From positions 2,631,567-2,695,566 of the forward strand of contig MU053629.1 in assembly GCA_013239625.1 (NCBI GenBank): a stretch of 64,000 nucleotides of DNA, read 5' to 3'. Positions 1 through 13,169 of the stretch are shown here, piece by piece. Each line of letters starts with the position of its first letter. Position 1 is the stretch's first letter. The stretch comes from Lama guanicoe. Taxonomy: Eukaryota. The notes beneath the pieces were generated by a model that did no database searches, was not told where the DNA came from, and saw only the letters and a program-made list of their open reading frames with translations. Position numbers and translations under genes: made by a program.

Positions 1-1515
1 AAAGTTGAAAGAAAAATCAATTTTAATCCCTAAAAACTATATTCTTAAGGTTCTTTTCAAACCTATAAGCATTTTTAAAACTTTGACTTGGTAAATATAT
101 AAAGTCATACCTTCCTTATTTTCAACTTTAACTACTTCACTAATTCCTATTTCTTTGACCTAAAAACCACTAAAAAACAAAATAACAATATTCTCAGTCA
201 TACTGAATTATTAATTCAATATTGTATTAGTCATACAGCTTTTGAAAATAACACAAGGGCAGTTAAGTGAAGGTAAAAAGGGTTTCTCAATGCCAAGGCT
301 TCAGCTACAGGCACCCTGTGTTTAAACCAAAGCTGATTTCTTCTTTTCTCTCATTTAGGATTCAGACATATGAACATATATTCTTAAACTTCTCTAAACC
401 TAATCCTATCAATGGTAACCAGGGACCTCAGAAAGCAGCATGGGAAGAGAATCCCATATTAGACTATTAGACGATAGACTATTAACAGATACAGTGCAAA
501 AGATACATAAGAATTAGTCACACGCTGGCAGGTCTACGTAATACATTTTTGGGTTACCTTTGTATAACCTACTAAACAAGTAATTAAGGCAGAGAAAAAG
601 AATTTTTAAAACTATAGGAATCTCTCTCCTTTGGGAAAACTAAAACTACCTATACACAGATTATAGGAAAAGCTGCATTGGCAAGCACATCTCAATCTTC
701 CAAAAAAAAAAAATCCAACTTTTTAAAAAACAGACAACGCCACATTAAAACAATAAATTTAACTATTGATTCAATCAATTTAATTCTTAGATGTCTGTTA
801 TTAAACACAAGGCCAGTCAAAAATACATTTTAGACAAATTCCAGTCACAAATTTTAAACTAGACAAGGGATCATTCATGTATTCTATTTATCGATCACCT
901 ATTAAAAAAAAAGTGCTTCCCTAAAGAAAAAGATCAAGCTATTCCAAGCACCTCTAATTAACACAAACCCAAATACATTATCACCATTTTCCATCAATGG
1001 GAAAGACAGTGGCTTTATTTTATGATAAGGCACCAGCTTATAATTGTTACTGATGGTAAACAGGGCAAGGATTAAAGGGCAGAGAAGCCTCTGATCTAGT
1101 TTAGGCTGTGTGACAGGAAAATCTGGCCTAGGAATACAAGAACAAAATATTTCTCTGAAGAAATTAGGTCAAAGGGAAAGAGATTGAACACTGACAAAAT
1201 AACATTCCTCTTTGCTTAGCTGAAGAGTTGCTTAAATTCTACCTGAATATCTGCAATACACGTTTACACTGAAACATGTTCAACATATACCCAAGTTCAA
1301 GGATTCAGTTTCACTGTCAGAAAAACAAACATTGCAATGCATATTTTTTACTCTTAAAACCAAGGAGCAAAATCTAATTCTGTTAAATTATAAGGGGATT
1401 TAAAAAAACCTCTTTCCTTTAAACGATTACTACACACATCCTGTATTTCTTTATAAACAGAATACTGATTCCAGTAAACCTGCATGTATAGTATACCAAC
1501 AACAGAAAGACTACC

Positions 1516-2030
1516 TTTTTTTAAAATTGAAGTGTAGTTAGTTACCATGTATCAATTTCTGGTGTACAGTATAATGTCCCAATCATACATATATATATTC
1601 ATTTTCATAAAAGGTTATTATAAGATATTGAATATGGTTCCCTATGCTACACAGAAGAAATCTGTTTATTTTTATATATAGTAGTTAATATTTGCAAGTC
1701 TTTAACTGCCAAATTTATCCCTTCCCAACCCTTTCCCCTGGTAACCGTAAGATTGTTTACTTGGTGAGAATGTACATTGGTGCAGCCACTATGGAGGACA
1801 GTATGGAGGTTCCTCAAAAAACTAAAAATAGACTTACCACATGATCCAGCAATCCCACTTCTGGACATAAATCCAGAGGGAACTCTAATTCGAAAAGATA
1901 CATGCACCTCAATGTTCACAGCAGCACTATTTACAATAGTCAAGACATGGAAGCAACCTAAATGTCCATTGACAGATGACTGGATAAAGAAGGTGTGGTG
2001 TATCTATATATCCATCCATATATATCCATA
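1516..2030. mobile_element. Young L1 fragment with 5' inversion (minus-strand 3' UTR ~1516-1760 joined to plus-strand ORF2 end ~1761-2010)
   Basis: T-tract plus L1 3' UTR on minus, then ORF 1777-2076 encoding the L1 ORF2 C-terminus ([28 protein letters not shown]...WKQPKCP) on plus. Both parts match the colinear copy at 11417-12150. Confidence 0.85.
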
Positions 2031-2035
2031 TATAT

Positions 2036-2927
2036 ATAAGGGTCTAGTACTCAGAATATATAAAGAACTCTTATAACTCAACAATAAAAAAAAACCCAAT
2101 TTAAAAATGGACAAAAAATTTAAAGTCTTTTTTCCAAAGAAGATATACAAAGGGTCAATAAGCACATGAAAAGACGCTTAACATCTTTATTCATTAGGAA
2201 ACAGTAAACCAAAACCATGATAAAATAACATTTCATATCCCTATGGTGGGGACAATAAAAAAGACATAAATGTTGAAGAGGATGTGGAAAAATTGGAACC
2301 CTTCATTAGCTAAGTTGTAAAACAGTACAGCCACAGTGGAAAAGTCTGGCAGTTCCTTAAAAAGCTAAATAAAGAGTTACCATTTTACCCAGCAATTCCA
2401 TTCCTAAGCATATATGCAAGAAAAGTAAAAACACATGCACACACAAAAACTTATAAACAAATGTCCGTAGTAGCATTATTTATAATAGCCAACAAGCAGA
2501 AACAACTCAAATGTCCATCAACTGATGAATGAATAAGCAATGGAATACTATTCAGCCATAAAAAGCGATAAAGTATTGATACATAATATAACACCGATCA
2601 CCTTGAAAACACACTAAGTGAAAAAAGCCAGACATAAAATGTCACATAATGTATAATTCTATTTATGTGAAATATCCAGAATAGACAAATCCATAGAGAC
2701 TGCAAGTAGGTTAATGGTTGCAAAGACTGGGAAGGGGAAAGGTGGAAAGTGACTGCCAAGGGGTATGGGGTTTCTTTCTGGGGTGATGAAAATGTCTTGG
2801 AATTAGATACTGGTGATGATTGTACAACTTCATGAATATACTAAAAACTCTGCAACATACCCTTTGAAAGGGTGAACTGTATGATATACGAATGATAGCT
2901 CAATAAAAAATTAAAAATTTAAAAAAG
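2036..2927 (+). mobile_element. Old L1 (L1MB-like) ORF2 end and 3' UTR
   Basis: Typical motifs: cccagcaattccattcctaag, caaatgtccatcaactgatgaat, gggtatggggtttctttctggggtgatgaaaatg, ending ctcaataaaaaa. Confidence 0.8.
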
Positions 2928-3709
2928 GAAAGGACTAGACTTGTATGTATTAACATACTTGCTCTCAAAACATTGCTGAATTGAAAAAAGCAATCTGCAA
3001 AAATATGGACACTATTAAATCACTTATGCTTCTTAAAAGTTACATGTTTGATGAAGATACATTACAGAAATATATTTTTAGCATTACCTATAACGGTCTA
3101 CTTTTTTAACAAAGGGAGATATACACATGTATTTCTCAGGTAATTAAAAATAATTTTAAATGATGAAAAAGTAGATAATTACCTAAACAGGCCTAAACAA
3201 AAGATTACAAAGGACCAAAAAGCATATAAAAAGATGTTTATGAAGTAATAACTAAAGAGATGCAGATTCAAACAAAACTCTTTAGAACTAGGATGACCCA
3301 ATTTTCAATGAGCAGACACAGAAGATCCTCAGTATTCAAAAGGGACGTATTCTGAAGAGACTTTTATTATGGACCAGCAAAACCAAGGGAAGAGGGCCTC
3401 AACTCACTGTTGGGGCCTCCTACTCCTGCGTAGCAAAGCTCCAGACGACAGGGACAGTGTCATGCTCATCTGTGTATGGTCTCAGCTGAGTGCCGTCTGA
3501 CTTAACCGGTATTTGCTTACTAAATTATGTATAAGTATGTACTCTTCTTTTACTCTTTTCTTCCACATTCTCTACTCCCACATCCCCCTCCCTAATTAGA
3601 ATTCCAAACAGCCTTGAGTTGATTAGATAACACTAAACTATAGTGTTTTCCACAGTTGGTCTCGTTAAACATCAGATTCTAGGACCCCATCCAACATCTA
3701 GATAATCTT

Positions 3710-3814
3710 TTTAAATTTTTTATTTAAGTATAGTCAGTTTCAAATGGTGCATCAATTTCTGGTGTACAGCATAATGTTTCAGTCATACATGTAACATACC
3801 TATAATCATTTTCA
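3710..3814 (-). mobile_element. Very short 5'-truncated L1 3' end, inserted in a MER5-like DNA transposon
   Basis: Perfect 17-bp target-site duplication AACATCTAGATAATCTT at 3693-3709 and 3815-3831. The body matches the other L1 3' ends (caatttctggtgtacagcataat). Confidence 0.85.
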
Positions 3815-5309
3815 AACATCTAGATAATCTTAATGGGAAGGTGGGAATCTGTATGTTTAACAATCACCCTCACTGACTTATTCAATCTGGTAAGTTTTGA
3901 AAACATTGTATAAGAGAAAAATTTAATCTCAGGAAGAGCTAGTTTATCCCGAAAGAATTTCAGCTGGTAGAAAGGTATCACTTAGGAATTTCTGAATAGG
4001 AAAGGAACTTCTAAACAGGAAATCTTCACTGCTCTGTGACCTTGGATGAGTTACTGAAACTTATTCAATCTCAGCTTCTTCATTTATAAAAATGAGGATA
4101 TTCTCTGTCCTAACAAAAATAAGGTTGCAAGAATAAAATTACATATACTGGCACTTATTAAATGTTAGTTTCTTTCCTTTTCTACTCCAAGAAGAGTAGA
4201 ATTATAGGCCTAATAAAGGTGGAAATCTTTCTTTGGGGAAAAAAAAGAGGAAAATTTCTTGATTAAAATAAATGCAACACAACAGTGCCAATATGAACTG
4301 AGCAATCCTCAGACTTATTAGAATTTTATTATATAACATGAAATTTGTTAATAGCAAATGTTATTTAGAAATTGTATCATCCAGGTCTACTACTTTCATT
4401 TTATGCTGCAATCCAAATTAATTTTCATTCAGATTGATTATTCTCTTTGATCTCCTACTAGGCACAGCCACAAAGAGAACCTCAACATTCCAGCTACAGA
4501 ATGGAAACATTTTAAAAGTCTCTTCAAAACTGTAACGACATGCTACTTGTAACACTTTTCCATATAGTGACCAACTAATATTAATGATAAATGTAAAACT
4601 GTAACTGAAGTCTCAATATTTGGGTTAGAATACAAAGAATCCTCTCCAACTAATCATTAGAAACCAAAACTTATGCCAAACCTGACCATCAACCTTTTCA
4701 CAATTGGAGTGTATTGCATGTATCATGCTGACACAGTAGTGCAAAGTACTCTTGAATCATTACCATTAACCCTAATCATTTAGGAAATAAGTTATCTGAT
4801 TCATCAAATATCAGCAGTAGCAGTAGCATTAGCATCTCTGCAATTCAAAAAGAGTCACTGACACTAACAGCAAAAATAGACCTGTTGATTTCTTCCTTCT
4901 CTAGTGTTTAAATCACTAATCACTATCAGAGACTTCCTAAAATTGAGGGCTTAGCTCCCCTGATTAGTACACAGAGATGGAAAATACCTTCGTATTTGAA
5001 TGCCTGACTTCTCTAGCTATATAAGATGCTTAATAGGTATTTGAAGAATGAAGTAATAAATACAAAATAAATAAGCCTTGCTTCTCCTACAGCTTAATGG
5101 TTACTACATAAAAACTCACAAAATCCAAATTTTATATAAACATATGTAAGTAAAATAAAGAAGTAAGTAGTTTTCTTAAATTTTCTCTTACACAATAGTA
5201 CAAAGTATTACTAACTAGTCTTGGGGATTTTTAGTATCTGGTGAACATAACAGAGTCATGTAAGCTCAGGAAGAAAATAATTCTGGTTTATATAATTTGT
5301 ATATTTCTA

Positions 5310-5486
<177 letters not shown>

Positions 5487-6486
5487 CTAACATTTGTGGA
5501 GGAGAAAAAAATAAATTGTCAATTATTACTTTCAGGCAACCACCATATAACTCAAATATAAACTCTACTGTTTATAATCAATCTTCTAATTTTTACAGTT
5601 TCTAGAATAGAATTATTAGTATAATTTATATCTCTATGATCACTGGTTATAAAAAAATATAATTTCTAGTAAACACATATTTGCAGTACTCCTTCTTTCC
5701 ATGGTATATGCCAGAGTGCATAACAATTAGTTTTCTTTCAATGACAATCAATAAGCTCTAGGGAAGAAAGTTACTATACGTAAAAAGCTACATTTTAAAG
5801 AAATTGAATCAGGAGTTATTATCATGGCAAGTAGTGATTTAACTTTCTTGAATCCAACTTTTGTCATCTCTAAAATAGGGATAATTTTACCTACTTCAGA
5901 GTCATTTTTAGAATTAAGTGTGGGTATGAAATCACCTAGCATTTTGTCTCTCACACATATTATTAACTCAAGTGTTAGTCAAATTCACATAATTTAAAAA
6001 AACCTGATAATTCACTGACCCAATACAATCACCAATCGCCTGCTTGCTAGCTAGAGAGCATCCCAACATTAAGTCATACAGATATTCAAGAGTTTCAGGT
6101 AGAGGATGAAGCAAGGCTAATACTAGCCTGAGTTTTGAGAGCTGTGTGGAAGCAGAAAATGATGGCTATTCCTAATCCAACTATCACAGACTGACTACAT
6201 AGAGATTATTTAATGAAGCTTCTTTACTGCTTTGGGGTGTTAGAAATTTTAACTACTGCTTACTAAGTGCAATGCTTATCAAACTACTTTATGGTTCAGA
6301 CTGAAACACAAAATAAAATTACATAAAATTTTTTAGATCATTTTATTTATTTCACATTTCCTACAGAAAACATATAAACCAACAAAATACAGAGTACTAT
6401 TACTATAATCAATTGTTTAAATGAGGGAAGTCAAATATATGTATTTGTTAAATAAATAAAGACAAATACCAATAAAGATAAAATAC

Positions 6487-6647
6487 CTTATTTCCATCTC
6501 CAGAGCCATCTTTACTCATTCCATCTTTTGAGGCAAAGTATGCTGGTGTTTCTGTAAAGGCTCTAAAAGGAGCTCTTCGTAGAAGCTGAGTTTCAAAGGC
6601 CCCAAGCCTTCCTAAGATGGGTATATGAATGCGACCACAAGAAATAC
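6487..6647 (-). CDS. CLPX: CLPX coding exon 2 (161 nt): (G)[53 protein letters not shown]
   Basis: Acceptor TTTTCAG|GT and donor AAG|GTATTT. 79+161=240 nt keeps the frame. Matches the CLPX presequence and mature N-terminus. Confidence 0.96.
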
Positions 6648-7244
6648 CTGAAAAGATGATGAAATTTATTTAGTTCACACATCAAATATTAACATGCCTT
6701 CAATATGTCCCCTGGAAACAAAAATTCCTTAAGCATAGAAGAGGTTGAAAAAGCTATAGTTTTCACAGCAGTAGTACAAACTGGTAACACCATCCTCAAA
6801 AATAGGCCAGACCTGTGCTTTGGAAGTGAGGAGTGACCACCCAGGTCAGAACAATGAGTGGCTCTTCCAAAGTCTGAGAGATAAGTAGTTCAGTATCCAT
6901 CTCATCTGCAGGGGAAAAAGACCATTTATGTCCTATATTCTTATACTTCTTATATTATTTCTATCAATGAGAGTAAACAATTGAACTCTTATTTGTCTCT
7001 TTGGTTATATGGGGATAATATCTGCAACAGTGGCAACAAATTTCAAATGTTCCTTGAAAAGTTATGTGCTGTTCATTAAAACACATGTTTAAATGAAGTA
7101 TTTCAATCCTATAGAAAAAATAAATGCAATTCAATAAAACAGACTGTGTAACCACTATCCTGCTTTCAAACATGTTAACCTTTTGCCATATTTGAAGTTA
7201 AAATTCTTAAAAAGGATATAGGTTGATCACTGACTTAGCTGGAA

Positions 7245-7412
7245 GACTTTTTTTGTAAAGGACCAGGATAGTAAGTATTTTCAGCTTTGTGGCCATGTAT
7301 GTAGTCTCAGTCTCAACTACTCTCTCTGTAACCTGAAAGTAAATGTAAACAACATGTAAGCAAATGAGTGTGGCCAGATTTGGTTCACAGAGTCGCTGTT
7401 TGCTGACCCCTG
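7245..7412. mobile_element. MER58-like hAT DNA transposon fossil
   Basis: Motifs ttttgtaaaggaccaggatagtaagtattttcagctttgtggcc and terminal tttgctgacccctg. Confidence 0.65.
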
Positions 7413-9054
7413 CTTTTTCTCTACAAATGCAAAATAAGCCCCCAAATAAATTACAGTCAATGGCAAAAAAGCCATACTATATACTGTGAGGCAGCGTTTC
7501 CCAAACTGTGTCTTTAAAAGAATGTTCTCTACACAAGAAAATTGAATGGTTGTAGGTTAAACAAAATTCCATAGATTTCAGTATTGTAGGGTTACTCAGA
7601 ACCTTGCATAAACTAAAGTACATTAATGAATCGCCAAGAAGGAAATTTCCAAGCAGTTTACCTGAGTGCTGTTAGAAGGTAATAAACAAGCAAAAGTGGG
7701 GAGGGGTAAAGTTAATAGTTAAATAAATTTAAGAAACTGATTCTGCCTCTCTCATTTTATTCCCTGCAAAATTCTCAACTCAGGATTTAAATTTTTATTT
7801 CTACACCTATTAAGAGCTTTTAAGAGATCATGCACATATGTATATACTGTATCCAAATGCAAAAACTGGTTTAAAGTTATGTACTTCAAATAATTCAAAA
7901 ACAGTTGCTTAGCTATATAATTCGCTGTTTTGCTAACTTCCATTTTCCAACACAATTCTGGACACTGTTAGAACAACTAGTTTATTTATTTACTTATCAT
8001 GGTAAGCCATCTTCAGTTTCACAAAGTACAAAAATGAAGCCACCAAACTACTCAGGAAAGATACAAATAAGAGGAAGCAAACTGTCTCATTTCTAAATAA
8101 ATTTACAAAGAACACCAAAAAAGGATTAAGGTTTATGACACCCTGGCCCCAATCCGAAGACTGCAAAATTTTGCTTAACACTACTAAGTTTAAATATTAA
8201 TGAGGAAAAAAAAACTGCATTTGATGTTTTCCTACTAAGCAATGTTTTCAAAAGACAATTCAAATTTTCTCAAGTATAACATTTCCATTTCTTACAGCAA
8301 ATGATGATAGCCATTACTCTCATTAGAATGAGATCTAAGGTAGTTCACAAATTTGAAGCTTAACATTAATGTTTTTCCAAAGACATATTGTGATTTAAAG
8401 ACTGTCAATCTAAAAAGCAAGTCAAAAAAAAAAAAAAGTAATAGGGAAGAGGGACAGATAAAATCAAGAATGTTCAAAAACATCCGTATTAAATTTATAT
8501 CAAAGGCAGCATGATACAATAAATAATTATAATCTATGTAACAAGTGTTACCTTTTAATTGAACCACTACAATGTATTCACAAAGAAAACTACAATTATA
8601 ACAAGCTTTATGTGAGGTTATTTGTACTTGGATTATTTAGAACAATACTTAGCCTTGAAATTATCACATACAATGTTTTAGCACCACCTACAATAAAATA
8701 CACTTTTTAAAATAGTGTTCAACAATACACAGCATCTAGTATTATTAGAAAATAAGCTAAAAGGTAATTATCTTTGGGAATTTAATAAGAGAAATAAAAA
8801 TTACGAGCATGATCCTTTTAACATCTACTTTATAGAAAGAAAAGTTAAGTCCTTCACCTCAAATAACAAGTAATGTATGAAGCCAATGCAACCATACAGT
8901 CATCACAGAAAATACTATCTAAAAATGTTCATGTCATTGAAACTTCTAAATTTAAGAACTTCTTTGCTCGCCCTGCTGGTATGGTACTGTAGTGCTATTT
9001 TAACATTCTATAATCTATGGGCTATACTAACAAGATGCTATAAATACTAAACCA

Positions 9055-9228
9055 TCGGTTCCCAAACTTGGGCATGCATTAGAATCACCTTGAGGGCTTG
9101 TTAAAGCACAGACTACAGGGGATCTTCCCTGGTTCTGATTCAGAAGGTATGAGGTGGGACCCAAGAATGGATTTCTAACAAGATTCCAGGTAATCATGCT
9201 GCTGCTGGTCTTGGGACCACACTTTTTA
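9055..9228. mobile_element. MER5A-like hAT DNA transposon fossil
   Basis: ggttcccaaactt...gcattagaatcacct...gctgctggtcttgggaccacactt. Related copies at ~33340-33511, ~43190-43340 and ~53215-53357. Confidence 0.7.
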
Positions 9229-9799
9229 AAGCTACTTTACTTAAAAAAAATGAACAGTCATTCACTAATCGTCTGACATCCTCATTTATTATTATTTATT
9301 ATATTATAGAAATCATTGCATGAAGCCAATCAGGAGTTTTTAAACCCTTTTTGTGCCATGAACCCCTTTGCCAGACTGGTGAAGCCTATTCAGAATAATG
9401 TTTTTAAATGTATAGAATAAAATACATAACAAAGGAAACCAATTATACTGAAGAAGTTATCAAAATATTATAAAAATATGCTTCTTAACTACCAAGATTA
9501 TATAAGATCTAACAGCTTTTTAAATAAGTACCATGATTTCAAAGTAGTGGCAAATATAAACAATATTTTGAGATATCAGCAAAACAAAGCACCCTAAAAG
9601 CCAAAAAAGGGAAGTATTTCTGTAAAGTATATTTCAAAAGACTACTTGGCAACAACGACAGAAGACAGTTAAAAATTTAAACCATTTACAAAACTTTTGT
9701 CATATGAATAAAGCTCTGAGCTTCAGAGCAGCTGTTTTTAAAAAAAAATGTATTAGAATAAGGTACAATGATTTTAGGACTATTGAAAACTAGAAGAGT

Positions 9800-9929
9800 T
9801 AGCTCACAGCAAAAAAAAAAAACTGACAATGAATATATGTATGTTCATGTATAACTGAAAAATTGTGCTCTACACTGGAATTTGATACAACATTATAAAA
9901 TGACTGTAACTCAACAAAAAATGTAAAAA
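9800..9929 (+). mobile_element. Short 5'-truncated young L1 3' end
   Basis: Perfect 14-bp TSD AAAACTAGAAGAGT at 9786-9799 and 9930-9943, an A-rich tail, and L1 3' UTR sequence (gacaatgaatatatgtatgttcatgtataactgaaaaattgtgctctacac). Confidence 0.8.
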
Positions 9930-11416
9930 AAAACTAGAAGAGTAATTTTTTCTATTTTTAAGTATTTGACTTCTTATATTCAATCTTGAACTAAGCATTC
10001 TCCAAAAATATACAAATGATTCAGCTTAAAAGATAAACCTATCTTTAACTTGCATTTTAGAAATACAGCAAAAGAACTAATGAAAATTAAAAATTAGCTA
10101 TTTGTAGTGACAATAGTTAAGTATATAATAACTGATGAAATGGCAAATCAGGTTAAATGCTCACTTGAACACTTGGCCTCTAACCTCTAACATAAATTGG
10201 AAAAAAAATTCAACAAAAACTCACAAACAATACTGGCAACCTACTAGATGCTTACTGCTTTTTAACAATCTCAGATTTTCATTTTATGCCCAAGTTACTG
10301 TCTCAAGAATTCTGAATACTTCTTAATAAAGAAAAATAATATCACTACTATGAGCGCTTTCCTCAAGTTTAAAAATGCTGGATAGGTTTTCACCAAGAAA
10401 AGAGAAATGTTGATTAGGAAATAGTCTGCAATTCCAGAAATAAAGATCCTCTAACATTTACACACTTTGTCTTATTTAATTTGTACTGGACTTAACTACA
10501 AGAGAGGGAAAGGGAGAGAGGGAGATAGTGAGGGAGGGAGGTAACTAAAATCTAACTAAAAACTATTAAGGTAAGCAGATTATGTAACTCTCATAAAAAT
10601 TATGGACGCCAACCAACATGTTTGAGCATCTTCAATCTTCATTTGCATCCACATGAGGTGACACCATTGCAAATGGACAAGGACAGAAAGCATCCAGAAA
10701 TCAAGGGAGTTACACAGGATCCCAAAATTCTTGCAGCCAAATTCAGACCTAGTCACTTGGAAATGCAATCAAGCATTTCTGAATATACATATTTAGACTG
10801 CAAACTGTTATATACGCAAAGCACATTTTTAAAACTATACATCAATATTGAAAGCCACAATTCAAGTAGAAAAAAATTTTTAAATTTTTACTTTACTGTA
10901 GGTTTCATATTCAAAGAGAATAGTGAGGAGAACTACATTAAATTGGATACATACAGCCCATCAGGAAAAGAAAATTGGTTCAGTGTCTAGTACAACAATT
11001 AAGCAAATAATCTTTCAAAATACTGTTAAAAATTTTTAAAGTCTAACATGACAGACAAGCCAACAGAAACAGAGAATACCACTGTATTTCAGAGCTCTGA
11101 AATATCCCCTTTTATTCTTAATCCATTGTGTAATTTCCTATTAGAAGACTACATTAATGAAATTCTTATTTGTTTAAATTAACGTTGCTGAAATTGTTAA
11201 CTCTACTGTTTATAAGAATAATAAACTAAAGTTCAATTCTGATTTTTCTATCTTTCATCTTTCTTCCTCTTTTTTGGAATCCTAAGGAAAAAGAACCATC
11301 CTGGAGGTTCTTAAACCCTTAAAGAAAATATCTCTGTATTCTTGTAGATTCACATATACTTTTAGAGTTTCTACCATGGAAAAACATTTCATGTAATTAA
11401 GCCTTGGTAAAGTCTT

Positions 11417-12150
11417 TGTTTTTTGGTTTTGTTTTTTAAGTTCTTTTTAATTGAAGTATAATCAGTTTATAATGTGTCAATTTCTGGTGTACAGCACAAT
11501 GCTTCAGTCATATAGGAACATACATATATTCATTTTCATATTCTTTTAAACCATAATTACAAGATATTGAATATAGTTCCCTATGCTATACAGTATAAAC
11601 TTGTTTTATCTCTTTAATATATACCAGTCAGTATCTGTAGATCTCAAACTCCAAATTTATCCCTTCCCATCCTCTTCCCCTCTGGTAGCCATAAGTTTGT
11701 TTTCTATGTCTGTGAGTCTGTTTCTGTTTTATAATTAAGTTCACTTGTCTTTTTTTTTTTAGATTCCACATATGAGTGATATCATGTGGTATTTTTCTTT
11801 CTCTTTCTGGCTTACTTCGCTTAGAATGACATTCTCCAGGGCCATCCATGTTGCTGCAAATGGCATTATTTTACTGTTTTTTATGGCTGAGTAGTATTCC
11901 ATTGTATAAATACACCACAACTTCTTTATCCAGTCATCTGTCGATCGACATGTAGGTTGTTTTCGTGTCTTGGCTATTGTAAACAGTGCTGCTTTGAACT
12001 TTGGGAGGCAGGTGTCTTTCTGAATTAAGGTTCCCTCTGGATACATGCCCAGAAGTGGGACTACTGGATCATACGGTAAGTCTATTTTCAGCCTTTTGAG
12101 GAATCTCCATACTGTTTTCCACAATGGCTGCACCAAACTGCATTCCCACC
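11417..12150 (-). mobile_element. 5'-truncated young L1 (ORF2 C-terminus plus 3' UTR) in CLPX intron 1
   Basis: ORF 11759-12136 is the L1 ORF2 C-terminus. 17-bp TSD AGCCTTGG(T/A)AAAGTCTT at 11400-11416 and 12151-12167. TT/AAGA endonuclease-type site on the element strand. Confidence 0.92.
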
Positions 12151-13169
12151 AGCCTTGGAAAAGTCTTAAATCAATGTGAAAGCTAGTCGCTGTTTTAATA
12201 TTATGTAAAAATATTAAATTCTATAGTGATATTGGGTAATGTCTCATATTTTAAGCTTAATTTACTCCTTTACAGTGGAAGTTACGGCTTGGTGTTTCTG
12301 AAAACCTCTAGCCAACTTATATTAACAGAAAAACAAATAGGTAATTCCCAAATAAGCCATTAATTTATGTTTATCTACCTAACGATAGATTTAATTTTTA
12401 AAGCAGCAGTTGTTTTGAAAAGAAAAATAAAGAAATAACTGCACGCCTCTTATAATTCAGTTTTCAGGGACAAATGATAGGAAGAGATGAAGAGCTTTGT
12501 CAAAGAAGTCTTTCCTGGCCAAAGAGAACACACATATACCTTATAAACGACCAGAAACTGTACTGTCAACTCCACTAGATGTAAACTCGAAGGTGAGGAC
12601 TTGCTCACCGCTCCCTCTCCAGCACTAAAACAGGACCTGACACATAGTAGATTCTCAACAAATATGTCAAATAACTTAATTTAAACATCTGTCACTTTCA
12701 AGAGTTTGCAACTCAAATTCCTGGAACAGGGACAGCTACTTGCTCAGGTTTAACAGTGTCTTGGGACTAAATTCACTCCTTTATATTTATGTACCATTTT
12801 ACAAAATGCTTCTGCCCACACTACTTCTTTTAATCCCTCTTTGTGAAATAACTATCAGAAAATACACATTTAGTAAACGGTAAGGATTTTACAATAAAGC
12901 AAAAAACTGGAAAAGGTGTTTTTTCATCCAGAGGGCATAAGCGGATAATTCAAAATGAAACGAATTTGTCTACAAGTTAGTGATTCTAACAGGATCTGGC
13001 CTCTGATATTCATAGATTTAGGGAAAAGAAAAATGGTTTCTTTTCCGGAATCTCTTGGCTGGGGTGCCACTCTTGCACATATCCTGATAAACAGAAACGT
13101 AAACAAGCGCCACCCTTAAAAAAACTATTTGGGACTGTCAAGTTAGGAAAACCGGCAAACGACTGCTGA

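Noticed and set aside
1777..2076. ORFs 1777-2076, 11759-12136 and 20328-20591 as genes
   Set aside because: They are fragments of L1 ORF2, not host genes.
10580..10990. 122-aa plus-strand ORF and a possible cryptic CLPX exon
   Set aside because: No recognisable homology, a non-ATG start, and no convincing acceptor/donor pair on minus.
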